47,232 bases of DNA from an uncultured Acidobacteriota bacterium (GTDB taxonomy: Bacteria; Acidobacteriota; UBA6911): NCBI GenBank assembly GCA_963809485.1, contig CAWEJX010000013.1, positions 1 through 47,232 on the forward strand, in the 5' to 3' direction. A program made the translations under genes and the position numbers. Below, one piece after another: positions 31,313-41,414 of the stretch; the first letter of the stretch is position 1, and each line of letters opens with the position of its first letter. The notes under the pieces were generated by a model, which saw only the letters and a list, made by a program, of their open reading frames with translations, made no database searches and was not told the DNA's origin.

Positions 31313-32554
31313 TCATTTTGCAGATTGCACAGTCCGGATGTCGTCGATGCCATAGCGAATCATTGCTAGCCGCTCGAGGCCCAATCCCATTCCCACGGCT
31401 GTAAAGCGTGAGGTATCGACTCCGCAATGCCGGATCAGGTCACGCCGAAATTCGCCGCATGCGCAGACCTCCTCGTATTTTCCGGGTTCCCCAACCGAAA
31501 GCATCCAGCATCTCTCGACCAGTTCAAGCTTGGCTATTTCCCACCGTATCGCCCTGCCAGGGAGAAGCCGCTGCATCAAATCCGTAGCGAGTGCAACCAG
31601 ATCCCATTCCCGCGCATCGGCGCCCATGATACAAAGGTCGAGCTGGTGGAACATTTTCAGGTGCCGCTGATCTTCTTCGTCATCCCGCCACACACGCCCG
31701 GCGGTCATAATGCGGCATGGTTTGTCCGGATGTGCTTTTAGATAGTCCAGGATTGCGGAGGTAGTCTGCGTGCGCAATGCGCGGTTTTTGTCGAGATCGA
31801 TTCTCATATAGCCTTCATCCAGATCGAAAAGCTCCTGCTCTCCGCTGCGCTCCATAACCTCGTCACCCGCGACAACCCGAAAATCCGGCAGCAGGTTTCG
31901 GATATCCGACCAGACCTCAAATACGCGATTCCCCGGTATAGTGACAAGATCCGGACGGTTGAGCAGATCAATGATCTTTTTGGAGAATCCTTTTCCAATT
32001 GGAGGTTTAGCGTCCATTTTTGCCATCTCCTCTCTCAAGGCCTTTCTGGCCCGCTCCAGTCGTTTCTTTGCCGCGTCGACCGATATACTGAGCATTCCGG
32101 CGATCGAGGGAATGCCTAGGCCGTAGAGATAGTGCCATGTAAGTACTTTCCTCGCCGGCGATTCCAAAAGGAACAGGCCCGTATAGACCATGAGATCCTG
32201 TTTCATGGAACTGTCGTCCACGGACGTATTCAGCTGTGCCGATTGGAGCAGGTCCTTCTCACGGAGTTCGTCAAGGGAGGACACCAGGTACTTCCGTTTC
32301 CGCCGGAGTTCGTCAAGGCAACGGTTGATGGCCATGCGTTTGAGCCAGGACTGGAACCTGCTCGCCGCCTGCAGTTGCCCCATTCCTCGAAAGGCTGCCA
32401 GAAAAACATCCTGGGCTGCGTCCTGAGCAAGGTCCGGCCGCCTGAGATAGGCCATGCAAATCGCGAAGACATAATCCTGATATCTTTCCACAAGCCTGCC
32501 GTAGGCTGCGGTGTCCCCTTTCCTCGATTTTTCCACCAAGGGCGTAGGATCCAT
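31313..32554 (-). CDS. ECF sigma factor fused to a C-terminal PheRS-alpha-like (class II aaRS catalytic) domain
   Basis: Residues 1-180: AQDAAQDVFL, FQSWLKRMAINRCLD, sigma4 IAGMLSISVDAAKKRLERARKAL. Residues ~250-413: LRTQTTS, AGRVWR...HLKMFHQLD, EVCACG, GMGLGLERLAMIRYGIDDIR. Confidence 0.85.
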   Translation of the reverse strand: MDPTPLVEKSRKGDTAAYGRLVERYQDYVFAICMAYLRRPDLAQDAAQDVFLAAFRGMGQLQAASRFQSWLKRMAINRCLDELRRKRKYLVSSLDELREKDLLQSAQLNTSVDDSSMKQDLMVYTGLFLLESPARKVLTWHYLYGLGIPSIAGMLSISVDAAKKRLERARKALREEMAKMDAKPPIGKGFSKKIIDLLNRPDLVTIPGNRVFEVWSDIRNLLPDFRVVAGDEVMERSGEQELFDLDEGYMRIDLDKNRALRTQTTSAILDYLKAHPDKPCRIMTAGRVWRDDEEDQRHLKMFHQLDLCIMGADAREWDLVALATDLMQRLLPGRAIRWEIAKLELVERCWMLSVGEPGKYEEVCACGEFRRDLIRHCGVDTSRFTAVGMGLGLERLAMIRYGIDDIRTVQSAK

Positions 32555-32654
32555 GGATTGCGCTCTTACGAATATGACGAATCATCCGGCAACCGGTGAC
32601 ACAAAATAAAGCGAAAATGGAAAGATTTATCCTATCCTGATTTTCTCAAGAGAT

Positions 32655-33048
32655 GTCAGGTACCTCCGGCAAAGCCGGAGGCCTGAAAGATTTGAACCGC
32701 TCAAACCGGTTGGACTAGTTACGCCGGTCTTGAACGATGACTTACGCGGGCAAAAGCCGATGAGGCGCTTCCGATCCCCGCAGGGGCCAGCTCTCCGCGC
32801 TGGACAGTTTTCTGCGGCGGCACTGTGGCAAGCGCCGTGCGGCAAGGAGATGAAGGATATGAGAAACCGGGCGTTTGCCACAGTGCCGCCGCAGAAAACT
32901 CCATCGGAAGCGCCTCATCGGCTTTTGCTCGCCGACCCTCGCCGAACAAATCGGCGTATGTCAGCGCTTTTATCAGCGTTTCTCAGCGTTTCAAAATACG
33001 GAGCCGTCAAACTCATTGAGTGCCCCGGCAGAGCCGGGGATTTACCAA
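32655..33048 (+). mobile_element. Longest copy of the composite non-autonomous repeat element (hairpin end, nested inverted repeat, TCAGCG module, hairpin end)
   Basis: Left part matches 1708-1845. Inverted repeats 32746-32775/32903-32932 and 32806-32836/32870-32900. TCRGCG at 32951, 32961, 32973 and 32983. Ends CCCCGGCAGAGCCGGGGATTTACC. Confidence 0.65.
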
Positions 33049-33077
33049 TGTAATTATGGAAGGAAGGGGAAGGGCAG

Positions 33078-34829
33078 CTATCTGAATGGAATATCCACAA
33101 CCTTTGACAGGACCGCGTCCTGCAGGGCCCGGATCTCCGTCTGCAGCCGCGCTATAAGGGAGGACTCCCGCACAATCTCCGTTTCGGATTGGTCCCGTCG
33201 CTTCATCTCGACACCGCCCTTAGCCAGCGACCGGGCTGAGACCGTTATTCGGATGGGGATGCCGATCAAATCCGCGTCGTTGAACTTCACACCCGGGCTT
33301 TCATTGCGGTCGTCGTAAAGAACCTCAATTCGCGCCTCCCGGAGCGCCTCATAGATTCGGTCGGCTGCCTCGGGCCGGCCGAGCGAGGTCAGGTGCACAT
33401 CATAGGGTGCAACCGATATCGGCCACACCAGGCCCTTGTCGTCATGATGCTCTTCCGCGACGCAGGCAAGCAGCCTACCGGAACCGATGCCGTAGGATCC
33501 CATCACGATCGGCTTCTGCGATCCATCAACGGCGAGGTACATTGCACCGATTGCGGCCGAATAGCGGGTGCCAAGTTTGAATATGTTGCCCACCTCCACT
33601 CCGCGCGAGGTTGCCAGCCTTTCTCCGCATTCAATGCACGCGTCGCCGTCACCCGCTGCCGTAATATCGGCAATGACTGTGGGTTGATAGTCACGAACGA
33701 TGTTCGTATTGAGCAGGTGATACCCTTCGTCGTTCGCGCCCGCAACCAGGTTCGGCGAAGCGGATATGCCGTCGTCGACGATCACCTGGATACCGCGCAA
33801 ACCGATGGGCGACCCGTATCCCGGGACTGCGCCTGTCGCAAGAATTTCTTCTTCGGTAGCCGGACGCAGCCAGGCTACCCTGGCGGCGTTCGCCAGTTTC
33901 GTCTCGTTCACCTCCATATCGCCACGCACTATCGCGCAGATAAAGTCCTCGTGTTCGCCCGTATCTTCCTGGCGCCCCGCGGTCATGAACACGGCTTTGG
34001 CTGTCTTGCGCTTCGGCACATTGAGCCAGTTCGCCAATGTCTCTATTGTTTTGCAGCCGGGCGTGGCTACTTTTTCGACCGGCTTCATTTCTTCAGCGGG
34101 AGCCGGCGGCTTGGCAAAGGACGCAATCTGCCGGTTGGCCGAATACCCGCACCGGCTACACAGAACCAGCGTATCCTCGCCAATGGGCGTGAGATACATG
34201 TATTCATGTGCCAGGCTTCCGCCCATCATTCCCACGTCGGAGCTTACGGCGATAACCGGTAGGTCACAGCGATGAAAGATATTGAAGTAGGCCTGGTAGT
34301 GCGCCCGATACTGACGGTCCAATCCCGCTTCATCCGCGTCCAGACTGTAGGAATCCTTCATGGTAAATTCGCGCACGCGTATGAGGCCCGCGCGCGGCCG
34401 CGCATCGTCGCGGAACTTTGTCTGGATGTGATAGACCAGCTGCGGCAGCTGGCGGTAGGAATGGATTTCGGTCCTGCAGAGGTCGGCTATAACCTCTTCG
34501 TGCGTCATCGCCAATACCAGGTCGCGATCCTTGCGGTCTTTGAATCGTGCCATCTCCGGCCCGATGGAATACCAGCGTCCGGTAGCCTGCCATATCTCCG
34601 CAGGATGGGCTACGGGCATCGTCATCTCCTGTCCGCCGATGGCGTTCATCTCATCGCGCAGGATATTCTCAATTTTGGTCAAGGACCGGCGGGCAAGCGG
34701 CAGGTAGGAGAACAAACCCTGGCCGAGCTGGCGAACAAAGCCCGCGCGCAGCAGCAACTGATGGCTGACAGCATCGATATTGGCGGGGGATTCCCGCAAC
34801 GTTGAACCGAAGTGGCGTGAAAGCCGCAA
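33078..34829 (-). CDS. proS: Proline--tRNA ligase (bacterial type with editing insertion)
   Basis: SHQLLLRAG, THEE, KFRDDARPRAGLIRVREFTMKDSYS, EVGNIFKLG, MGSYGIG, GVKFNDADLIG. Confidence 0.97.
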   Translation of the reverse strand: MRLSRHFGSTLRESPANIDAVSHQLLLRAGFVRQLGQGLFSYLPLARRSLTKIENILRDEMNAIGGQEMTMPVAHPAEIWQATGRWYSIGPEMARFKDRKDRDLVLAMTHEEVIADLCRTEIHSYRQLPQLVYHIQTKFRDDARPRAGLIRVREFTMKDSYSLDADEAGLDRQYRAHYQAYFNIFHRCDLPVIAVSSDVGMMGGSLAHEYMYLTPIGEDTLVLCSRCGYSANRQIASFAKPPAPAEEMKPVEKVATPGCKTIETLANWLNVPKRKTAKAVFMTAGRQEDTGEHEDFICAIVRGDMEVNETKLANAARVAWLRPATEEEILATGAVPGYGSPIGLRGIQVIVDDGISASPNLVAGANDEGYHLLNTNIVRDYQPTVIADITAAGDGDACIECGERLATSRGVEVGNIFKLGTRYSAAIGAMYLAVDGSQKPIVMGSYGIGSGRLLACVAEEHHDDKGLVWPISVAPYDVHLTSLGRPEAADRIYEALREARIEVLYDDRNESPGVKFNDADLIGIPIRITVSARSLAKGGVEMKRRDQSETEIVRESSLIARLQTEIRALQDAVLSKVVDIPFR

Positions 34830-34841
34830 ATTAGATCTCTC

Positions 34842-35225
34842 TTACCGGACTCTTTTCACGATGAATTTGGGGGGGGCGCCGCCCTCCATCGGGGGAGCGC
34901 CGGCGATATCAAAGCTGAGCTCGATTTCATCGCCTTTCAAGATGCCCTTGTAGTTAAACTTCATCTCCTGGCCGCCAAAGTCCACAGCAACTGAAAAGGA
35001 TATATTGTTGCCGTCGATTTTGCCGTCCTTTATGGGTATTTGCGTATCCGGCCCGCCAAGGGACGTGCCGGTCAGCGTATTTCCGTCCACTTTAAAGGTA
35101 TAAACGAGCGTCATGGGATCACCCATGCCGCTGTTATACTGCCCGGACCACTTGCCGTCTATATCTGCGCCGAGAGCAAAACCGGCTATAAGAGGAAAGC
35201 ATGCTGCGACCATATAAATTTTCAT
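34842..35225 (-). CDS. Hypothetical secreted beta-rich protein
   Basis: Signal peptide, then ADIDGKWSG. ATG 35225 follows AGGAG. Confidence 0.7.
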   Translation of the reverse strand: MKIYMVAACFPLIAGFALGADIDGKWSGQYNSGMGDPMTLVYTFKVDGNTLTGTSLGGPDTQIPIKDGKIDGNNISFSVAVDFGGQEMKFNYKGILKGDEIELSFDIAGAPPMEGGAPPKFIVKRVR

Positions 35226-35372
35226 CGGAATACTCCTTTGTTTCGATCTCAAGAATACACAATCCCGGCCAAATCACAAATACCAGCGCTAAAGAGAGAA
35301 TGGACTATGAATCATATGCTATATCCAGGTTAGCATTTATGCAGTAGAATCCCAACCAAACGGGGGAAAGAT

Positions 35373-35873
35373 ATGACAAAATCTGCAGAGGACATCCTGA
35401 AAACCGCCATCCTGCTGGAACTCAGGGGCAAAGCCTTTTACACCACAACAGCCCGCGAAGCCAAAAGCCAAGCTGTCTGCAAAATTTTCACAATGATGGC
35501 GGAGGAAGAGGATGCACATATCAAATTCCTTTCCAGGCAGTTTGCGGAGTATGAAAAGAACGGCAGGTTCGCCAAAAACGAGGCGGAAAGCCCTGCCCAG
35601 GATCCGGCGGTCGCCGAGATCCTGAGCGAACAGGTCAAGAAAGAGATCTCGGCCGCCGGTTTTGAAGCGGCTGCCATATCGGCGGCCATTGATTTTGAGA
35701 ACCGCGCCGTTGAGGTTTACCAGCAAAGGGCCAATGAAGCGACGGATCCGAACGAGAAGGAACTGTATCGGGTACTGGCCGCCTGGGAGCGGACGCATTT
35801 CCGCCTGCTGCACAATCTCAATGAAGGGTTGAAAGAGCAAATCTGGCACGACAACAATTTCTGGCCGTTCTAG
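35373..35873 (+). CDS. Ferritin-like / rubrerythrin-domain protein
   Basis: Paired AILLE...EEDAH and AIDFE...WERTH di-iron motifs. Confidence 0.85.
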   Translation: MTKSAEDILKTAILLELRGKAFYTTTAREAKSQAVCKIFTMMAEEEDAHIKFLSRQFAEYEKNGRFAKNEAESPAQDPAVAEILSEQVKKEISAAGFEAAAISAAIDFENRAVEVYQQRANEATDPNEKELYRVLAAWERTHFRLLHNLNEGLKEQIWHDNNFWPF

Positions 35874-36038
35874 CTTTGTTCTTTAAAAATGCTGCGCGAT
35901 CGACCTGTCTGGCGGATTCCCGTGGAACATTGATTCCCGTTGACCGGCAGAACCGAAAATCGAGCGCGGTTTTTCGAGTACTCATTGGAGCATTCCTTCC
36001 TGGAAGGTTCACCCGATATGACGCTTCCGCTGCCTTAC

Positions 36039-36140
36039 TGATCCGCGTTCGTCGGCGCTTTGTCAGTGTATGTCGGCGTTCAATGATCCTGAAACTGTCG
36101 AACTCTTCGAGTCGCCTCAGCAGATCCGGAGGGTTACCAG
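36039..36140 (+). repeat. TCAGCG-period repeat family copy
   Basis: Units at 36042, 36052, 36063 and 36073, then GATCCTGAAACTGTCGAACTCT...CCTCAGCAGATCCGGAGGGTTACC. Confidence 0.7.
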
Positions 36141-36216
36141 CTTATTTAATTAGGCAGGGCCCGCTGAGGATTCAATAAAAGCGACCAAGATTTGTGGAAG
36201 CGTCCGGAGCCGATTC

Positions 36217-36852
36217 TCACTTCCCTTCTTTCATTGCCGCAACCAGCGCGAGCGCGACCTGTTCGGTGCCGTCCTTGGCATTGCCCTTTTGCGCCATATA
36301 CGGGCAGATGCCGGATGTGACGATCAGTCCGTCCGTCACCACCCCGGTTCCTGCAAAGGTTGCTCCTGCAAATTGAGGGCTTTTCTCCTCAAAAGCGTAG
36401 GCATATTTCTTTCCCTTCAACACGCCCGCCTCCGCCAGAGTCCAAAGGGATCCGGTCTGCGCAGCAACCGGCTTTCCAGCCGCTACGGCGCCCTTAACCA
36501 GAGCTATCGCCTCCGGGGACACATAGGGCGGCGAAGGATAGGACGGCACGGCCAAACAGGGCAGGATAAATCCGGCATAGTCGGCCACCTTTACATCCGC
36601 CATCTTGATATTTGCCGTCACGGTTGTGGGTCCCGCGGAAACGGACGAGCCGCCCAGTGTGGCCACAATAACCTTATATCCGGACTTTTCCAATATGTTC
36701 TTCATCACACCCACTTCTGTCTTAAGCATATATTCAAGATCGCCGGATTTTTGGGCATCCCGCATAAAAAGCAGCACCCTGGGTGTGCCCTGCGCACAAG
36801 CATAGGAAAGAACGAACATGCCTAATAGCATCGCCAACAAAAGTTGTTTCAT
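36217..36852 (-). CDS. Secreted DJ-1/PfpI-family protein
   Basis: Signal peptide, DYAGFILP, GKPVAA, LAEAGVLKGKK, VVTDGLIVTS. Confidence 0.75.
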   Translation of the reverse strand: MKQLLLAMLLGMFVLSYACAQGTPRVLLFMRDAQKSGDLEYMLKTEVGVMKNILEKSGYKVIVATLGGSSVSAGPTTVTANIKMADVKVADYAGFILPCLAVPSYPSPPYVSPEAIALVKGAVAAGKPVAAQTGSLWTLAEAGVLKGKKYAYAFEEKSPQFAGATFAGTGVVTDGLIVTSGICPYMAQKGNAKDGTEQVALALVAAMKEGK

Positions 36853-37209
36853 GAATTGCCCTCCTGGAAATTGGCCACCAATTATTTATAGCGGTGTTCA
36901 GTCGCAAATGAACAGGATTTTTTAGTGATCCATCGTACGGCTCTGTTTCGCAAACAGAATCATTGACCGACCCCGCCGGCCCGGGCATTCAAGCAATCCA
37001 TGCAAGTAGCTGCTATTAATGGATTTCCCCGGAATATCTTTTCTGCCCGTTTTATTTCATAGTATGATGCCGTGTCAGGTTTTCATTGCTGAAATTTTTA
37101 AGCTAATTGGATAGGCTCCGGAGCAGCCGGTCAAGCCAGTGTATATGGGCTGCTATCGTAAATTATATCGGCGCAGCAAAACTGTTTCTCTTTTCGAGGA
37201 GATGAGCCA

Positions 37210-39016
37210 ATGAATGAGCCAATGCATCGATTCAAATACACAAAACTCACCAAAGAACAGGTAGGCCAAAAAGCTTGAGCCGACGGCCGCCGGCCCGAAA
37301 TGCGCATCGGAGTTGTCGGACGTTCTTGCCGGAAAGTCATTGAAAATCGTGACCGATAACGGCCCCGTTTTGAACTACGTCTTTAAAGACAAGCGCAAGC
37401 TTACGCTGGCTGAGGGCAACGGAGCTCCCGTTGAATCGGGATACGGCGCACTGACGCTTAAGCAGTTGGTTTTCTTCTCCCACATGATCCCCGGAACCCA
37501 GAGAGGCTTCAATGTTTTCGTCGATCAGGATACGAATCTTGCCACGGTCTTTGAAGTGTGGCTCTGCAGCGGCAAAAAAGAAGTAACGATGTCCAAAAAG
37601 GAATTCACGATCGACGACAGGGAGGTCCAGCGCCAGATCTATTTCGGCTATGTGGACGTTCCGGGCAAAGAGGTGCCGAAAAAGCGGCATCACACGACCA
37701 ACAGGCTCGAAGGCACGGGCATGTACTGGAAACAGGACACGGGAATCGAGACCCTGGACTTGTATCCTTCGGTCTCCTCCTCGAACTTTGTCGAACTCAC
37801 CCGGCATGCCGACGACCTCAGCTACTGCGCCCCTTCGGACTACGTAATGGTCAACGACAACCTGTTTATCTATGAAAGAACGGAATGCGAATTCTCCGGC
37901 ATTATGACTATGTACGCCCTCGACCTGTTCACGGAAACCCAGGCGGGCATGCGCCTCGGCTTCAATGAAAAGGACGAGTTGGAATACTACATGTTCCGGG
38001 GAACGGGCAAAGTTGTCGGCAACCTGACCTCACTGGCGCCCTTCGACGAGCACGGCGAAAAGATGAATCTCGGCCAGACCAACGCACCTCAGCCGAACCA
38101 GCCGGCGCCCACGCCTCCCAAAGGCCAGAGAATCGTGTACCGCCCGGCAAGAGATTTCAGGAACATGACTGAAGAAGAGGTCCATCAGGCTGCCGAAAAA
38201 AGCACCAGGACTTTCACCGGCGATGCCAACACCCCGCAGGAACAGGGGGGGATGGGAGGCAACGCGCTGCCGTTCAGCGACCTGCTGGTCGGCAAGGAGT
38301 TCACTCTCCGCTATGACAATGAAGGCCCGGTCTGGGATTACAAGGTCCTCGACATGTACAATCTTCAGTGGCGGAAACACGGCGATACTCAATGGCAGAA
38401 AGAGACCTACCGTGCCTTTGAGGCCGATGAAAAACTGGTATTTTTCGCCCACATTCACAGCGGAAGCAGGCCCCGCACCTGCAGGAGAATCGCCCTGGAC
38501 CTGACCAACGGCCTTACCACCTGCGTTCTCTCCAGGATGGGCACGAAGTATTACGGGAATGAGGTTTCCTATCGAGCCCTCTTCGGCGCAGCCGAAATGG
38601 CAGGAGTGGAGGCTCCGCAGTACGTACGTCATGAATTCACCGACGAACTGGTCGGCCGCGGATTCACACGGTCCTATTCCGACCAGATGACTTCCATGCA
38701 TCTCTACACCACGCCCCATTCCTCGTCCTGGACAATTTACACGGCAAACCAGACTCTGGGCATGCAGTGGTGCGCCCCGGCCATGTATGTAAAACTCCGT
38801 CCCGGAGTGTATATCTTTGATCTGGTTGAGGAAGGCTGCAACGGCGCGGAGACCTGTATCATCGAAAATGAAAAAACGAAGCGTGCTTGCGGGTTCGGCT
38901 TCTCCGGCAGCGAGAGGGGAGTAGGTCTCAATACCATCGGAGCGATCGCGCGCGACATCGGAAGGTACGACATCCGACAATTCTTCGGACCGAAGGCGAG
39001 AGTGAAAGGAGCATAA
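37210..39016 (+). CDS. MoaF-like domain repeat protein (one frameshift near 37270)
   Basis: Internal duplication (DVLAGKSL / DLLVGKEF; HHTTNRLEG / HEFTDELVG) resembling MoaF N/C beta-barrels. ATG 37210 follows GAGGAG and joins ORF 37313 if one A is removed from an A5 run. Confidence 0.55.
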
Positions 39017-39017
39017 C

Positions 39018-39819
39018 ATGGCCATCTCAAAATCGAAAATGGAGTCCAACAGAAGTCCGAAGCAGCCGAACGGCGGGCGTCGATCCTTTATTCTGGAAAA
39101 CAGGCGCCGCCATGTCGGCCGTGCTCGCATCCGCGGTGGCGGGTGTCTCAAAATCCAGTCCGGATCATGATGCAGGCTTGAAGGGCGAGATGGAAACGCT
39201 TTCCAATCGAATCGGATGCCTCGAAGACGCCAACATCATCCGCAGGCTGAACCAGCACGTATGAAACCTGTCTCGACCAGGGGATGTACGAAGAGGTCGT
39301 CGACATGTTTCGCGGACGAAGCGGAGGTGGTCTTCAACGGCGGAGTCTTTATCGGCAAAGACAAGGGCGTTCGCCGCCTGTATTGCAACCACTTCAGCCG
39401 GAATCGGACCGGAAAGAAGATCGAGCCGGCGCCCGGCTTTGAACCGGATCTGGCCCAGCTTCAAGATGTCGTGGAAGTTGCGCAGGACCGCCAGTCCGCT
39501 AAGGCGCAATTCCCCTATTCCATGCAGGTAGGGACGCCGCTGGTCTCCGAATTGCCGCTGCTTGAAATGATGCGCCAGCAGGGCCAGGGAATACGGCAAT
39601 GGTGGGAAGGCGGAATTCATGACGTGTCCTATGTGAAAGAACGTAATGCCTGGAAAATACAAGAGGCTTGAATACCGGCTGCTGTCCAGGGCTGACTATA
39701 AACCCGGGCGGTTCTATGCAAAGCCCATTTCCGTCCCGCATTTCTCTGAAGTTTATCCCGGGAATCCGAGCGGGCCGGACAAGCTCATCACGGCAAAACC
39801 CAAAGCTCGCGAGGCATAA
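39018..39819 (+). CDS. SnoaL-like/NTF2-family protein with RR leader, multiply frameshifted
   Basis: Pieced together across frames: GGRRSF..., LEDANIIRRL, DQGMYEEVVDMF, DVVEVAQDRQSAKA, WWEGG...YVKE..AWKI, KRLEY...YPGNP. Confidence 0.6.
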
Positions 39820-39843
39820 GCCTTTAAACTGAGCGCTGCGACA

Positions 39844-39884
39844 CAAGGGGGCGGGGAGGCATTGCAGGTCTCTCCGCCCCCCTT
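39844..39884 (+). terminator. Strong GC-rich hairpin downstream of the SnoaL-like gene
   Basis: CAAGGGGGCGGGGAGGC...GTCTCTCCGCCCCCTTG inverted repeat. No U-tract, so terminator function is uncertain. Confidence 0.35.
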
Positions 39885-40140
39885 GCCCTGCAATGCACTC
39901 TGTCCGGCTGAAGCCAAAAAGGCAGTCCGGCTCCCCCATGCAATTGGGGAAACTCGTTTCCATGGAAATTTCCCAAGCCGGATATCGCCGGCAGAATCCC
40001 GGTTCCCTGCTCCAATGAATTCAGTCATTCGATCCATGAACCCCGGCCATCGCGAATCCGCTTCCGGTGAGAGTCAGGGCATATCCAGCGCTGCATGGAA
40101 ATATGGAAATCTGTCGTATATGATTTTGTATATAGGAGGA

Positions 40141-41016
40141 ATGCCAGTGAAAAATAAATACACGCGACGTGAAGCTCTGGAACTGGGGCTGGGGGCAGTT
40201 GCCCTGGGAGCATCGAGTGCGGCGATTTCATCCGCACAAACAACCCAAAAACCTGTTCCCGGAGAGGGGAATCCTGTACCTGCATTGAGCGAGTTCAATA
40301 AGTACGGGGAGGAACTGGAAACATCCTTGCTTCTGAGGACTTCCCCTGTGGCCGTAAAAATGCTGGAGAGGGAAGCGGACATCCCGAAAGGAGCTTTCCG
40401 TCCGAAAAGGGACGGAGGCTATCATATCGCCCAGTGCCAGGCCTTTGGCATGTCGCGGCGGGAAGGTAAAACCGTTGCCATGTTGAAGGAAGATCATTGG
40501 TGTCCGACGGCTCTCATCTCTTATGGAATGGTGCGGAAGCCGGATTCTATGGCGATGTATGGAGAATCTTTTGACAGCTTTGAAGTCGGGAAATATATCG
40601 GTGTGGTTACGGCGCCTCTAAAGAGCGCAACGTTTATTCCGGACGTCGTTCTTATATATTCGAATCCCGCGCAACTCAGGGGATTGCTTATGCCGATGAT
40701 GTATGGCGGTGGCGGGGCTCAGGTCAGCACCTATTTATTCCTTCCATCCTGTGCGCACAGCGTTGTGGCTCCCATGAAAACGGGAAAATACAGCGTCGTG
40801 CTTCCAGACCCCGGGGAATACCAGAGAGCTCTGACTCCGGAGGAAGAAATGATGTTCGCGGCGCCGCGGGACAAGATGCCGGCATTTATGGCAGGCTTAA
40901 AAAGGGGCGGGAAATTGTATTCCCATCGGGATCAATACATGTCCATGCACCCGGATTTTGAACAGCCGCAATTTTATAAAGATATGTTTAAGGGCTGGGG
41001 ACTGGATTCAAAATAG
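40141..41016 (+). CDS. DUF169 family protein with twin-arginine-like leader
   Basis: LRTSPVAVK, CQAFGMSRR, DHWCP, PDVVLIYSNPAQ, EEEMMF. ATG 40141 follows AGGAGG; YTRREALELGLG leader. Confidence 0.75.
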   Translation: MPVKNKYTRREALELGLGAVALGASSAAISSAQTTQKPVPGEGNPVPALSEFNKYGEELETSLLLRTSPVAVKMLEREADIPKGAFRPKRDGGYHIAQCQAFGMSRREGKTVAMLKEDHWCPTALISYGMVRKPDSMAMYGESFDSFEVGKYIGVVTAPLKSATFIPDVVLIYSNPAQLRGLLMPMMYGGGGAQVSTYLFLPSCAHSVVAPMKTGKYSVVLPDPGEYQRALTPEEEMMFAAPRDKMPAFMAGLKRGGKLYSHRDQYMSMHPDFEQPQFYKDMFKGWGLDSK

Positions 41017-41414
41017 AAATTGCCCGACAACAGATTACGGTTCCCCACTGCAATCGATAGCGCATGCCGTGTCGACAGCCTCCGGCTTTGCTCTGATTGA
41101 AGCGCGCACTTGAAACTGAGAGCAAGCTCGACGGGGTTCCGGCTGAGACGCAGGGAAGATTTGCCTTTTACCATTCTTTGAGCCGTTGAACCGTCGAGGC
41201 CTTGTATGCTGCTCAAGGATCAGGTTGTTCAAGGGTAGTTCAGAACTCTGTATGAAACGCCGGCGGTGAAACCGGTCCGTGGGGTGAAGACCGGCGAAAT
41301 CGCCCATAGGCTTGAAATCAGGAAGCCCGCATATAGTCCATGCTTCTCCCATGATTCCAGCATGGACGAGAAGATCAAGAGGCCGTCGGCCAAAGGTTGT
41401 CAAAGGAGCTGAAT

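Noticed and set aside
32627-33318. Short ORFs in the proS-ECF intergenic region
   Set aside because: They translate the repeat and palindrome element (mirrored peptides on both strands) and are unlikely to be genes.
37276-37278. TGA in the MoaF-like gene as selenocysteine
   Set aside because: The downstream coding region is in a different frame. An extra A in the preceding A5 run explains it, and there is no Cys-type context.
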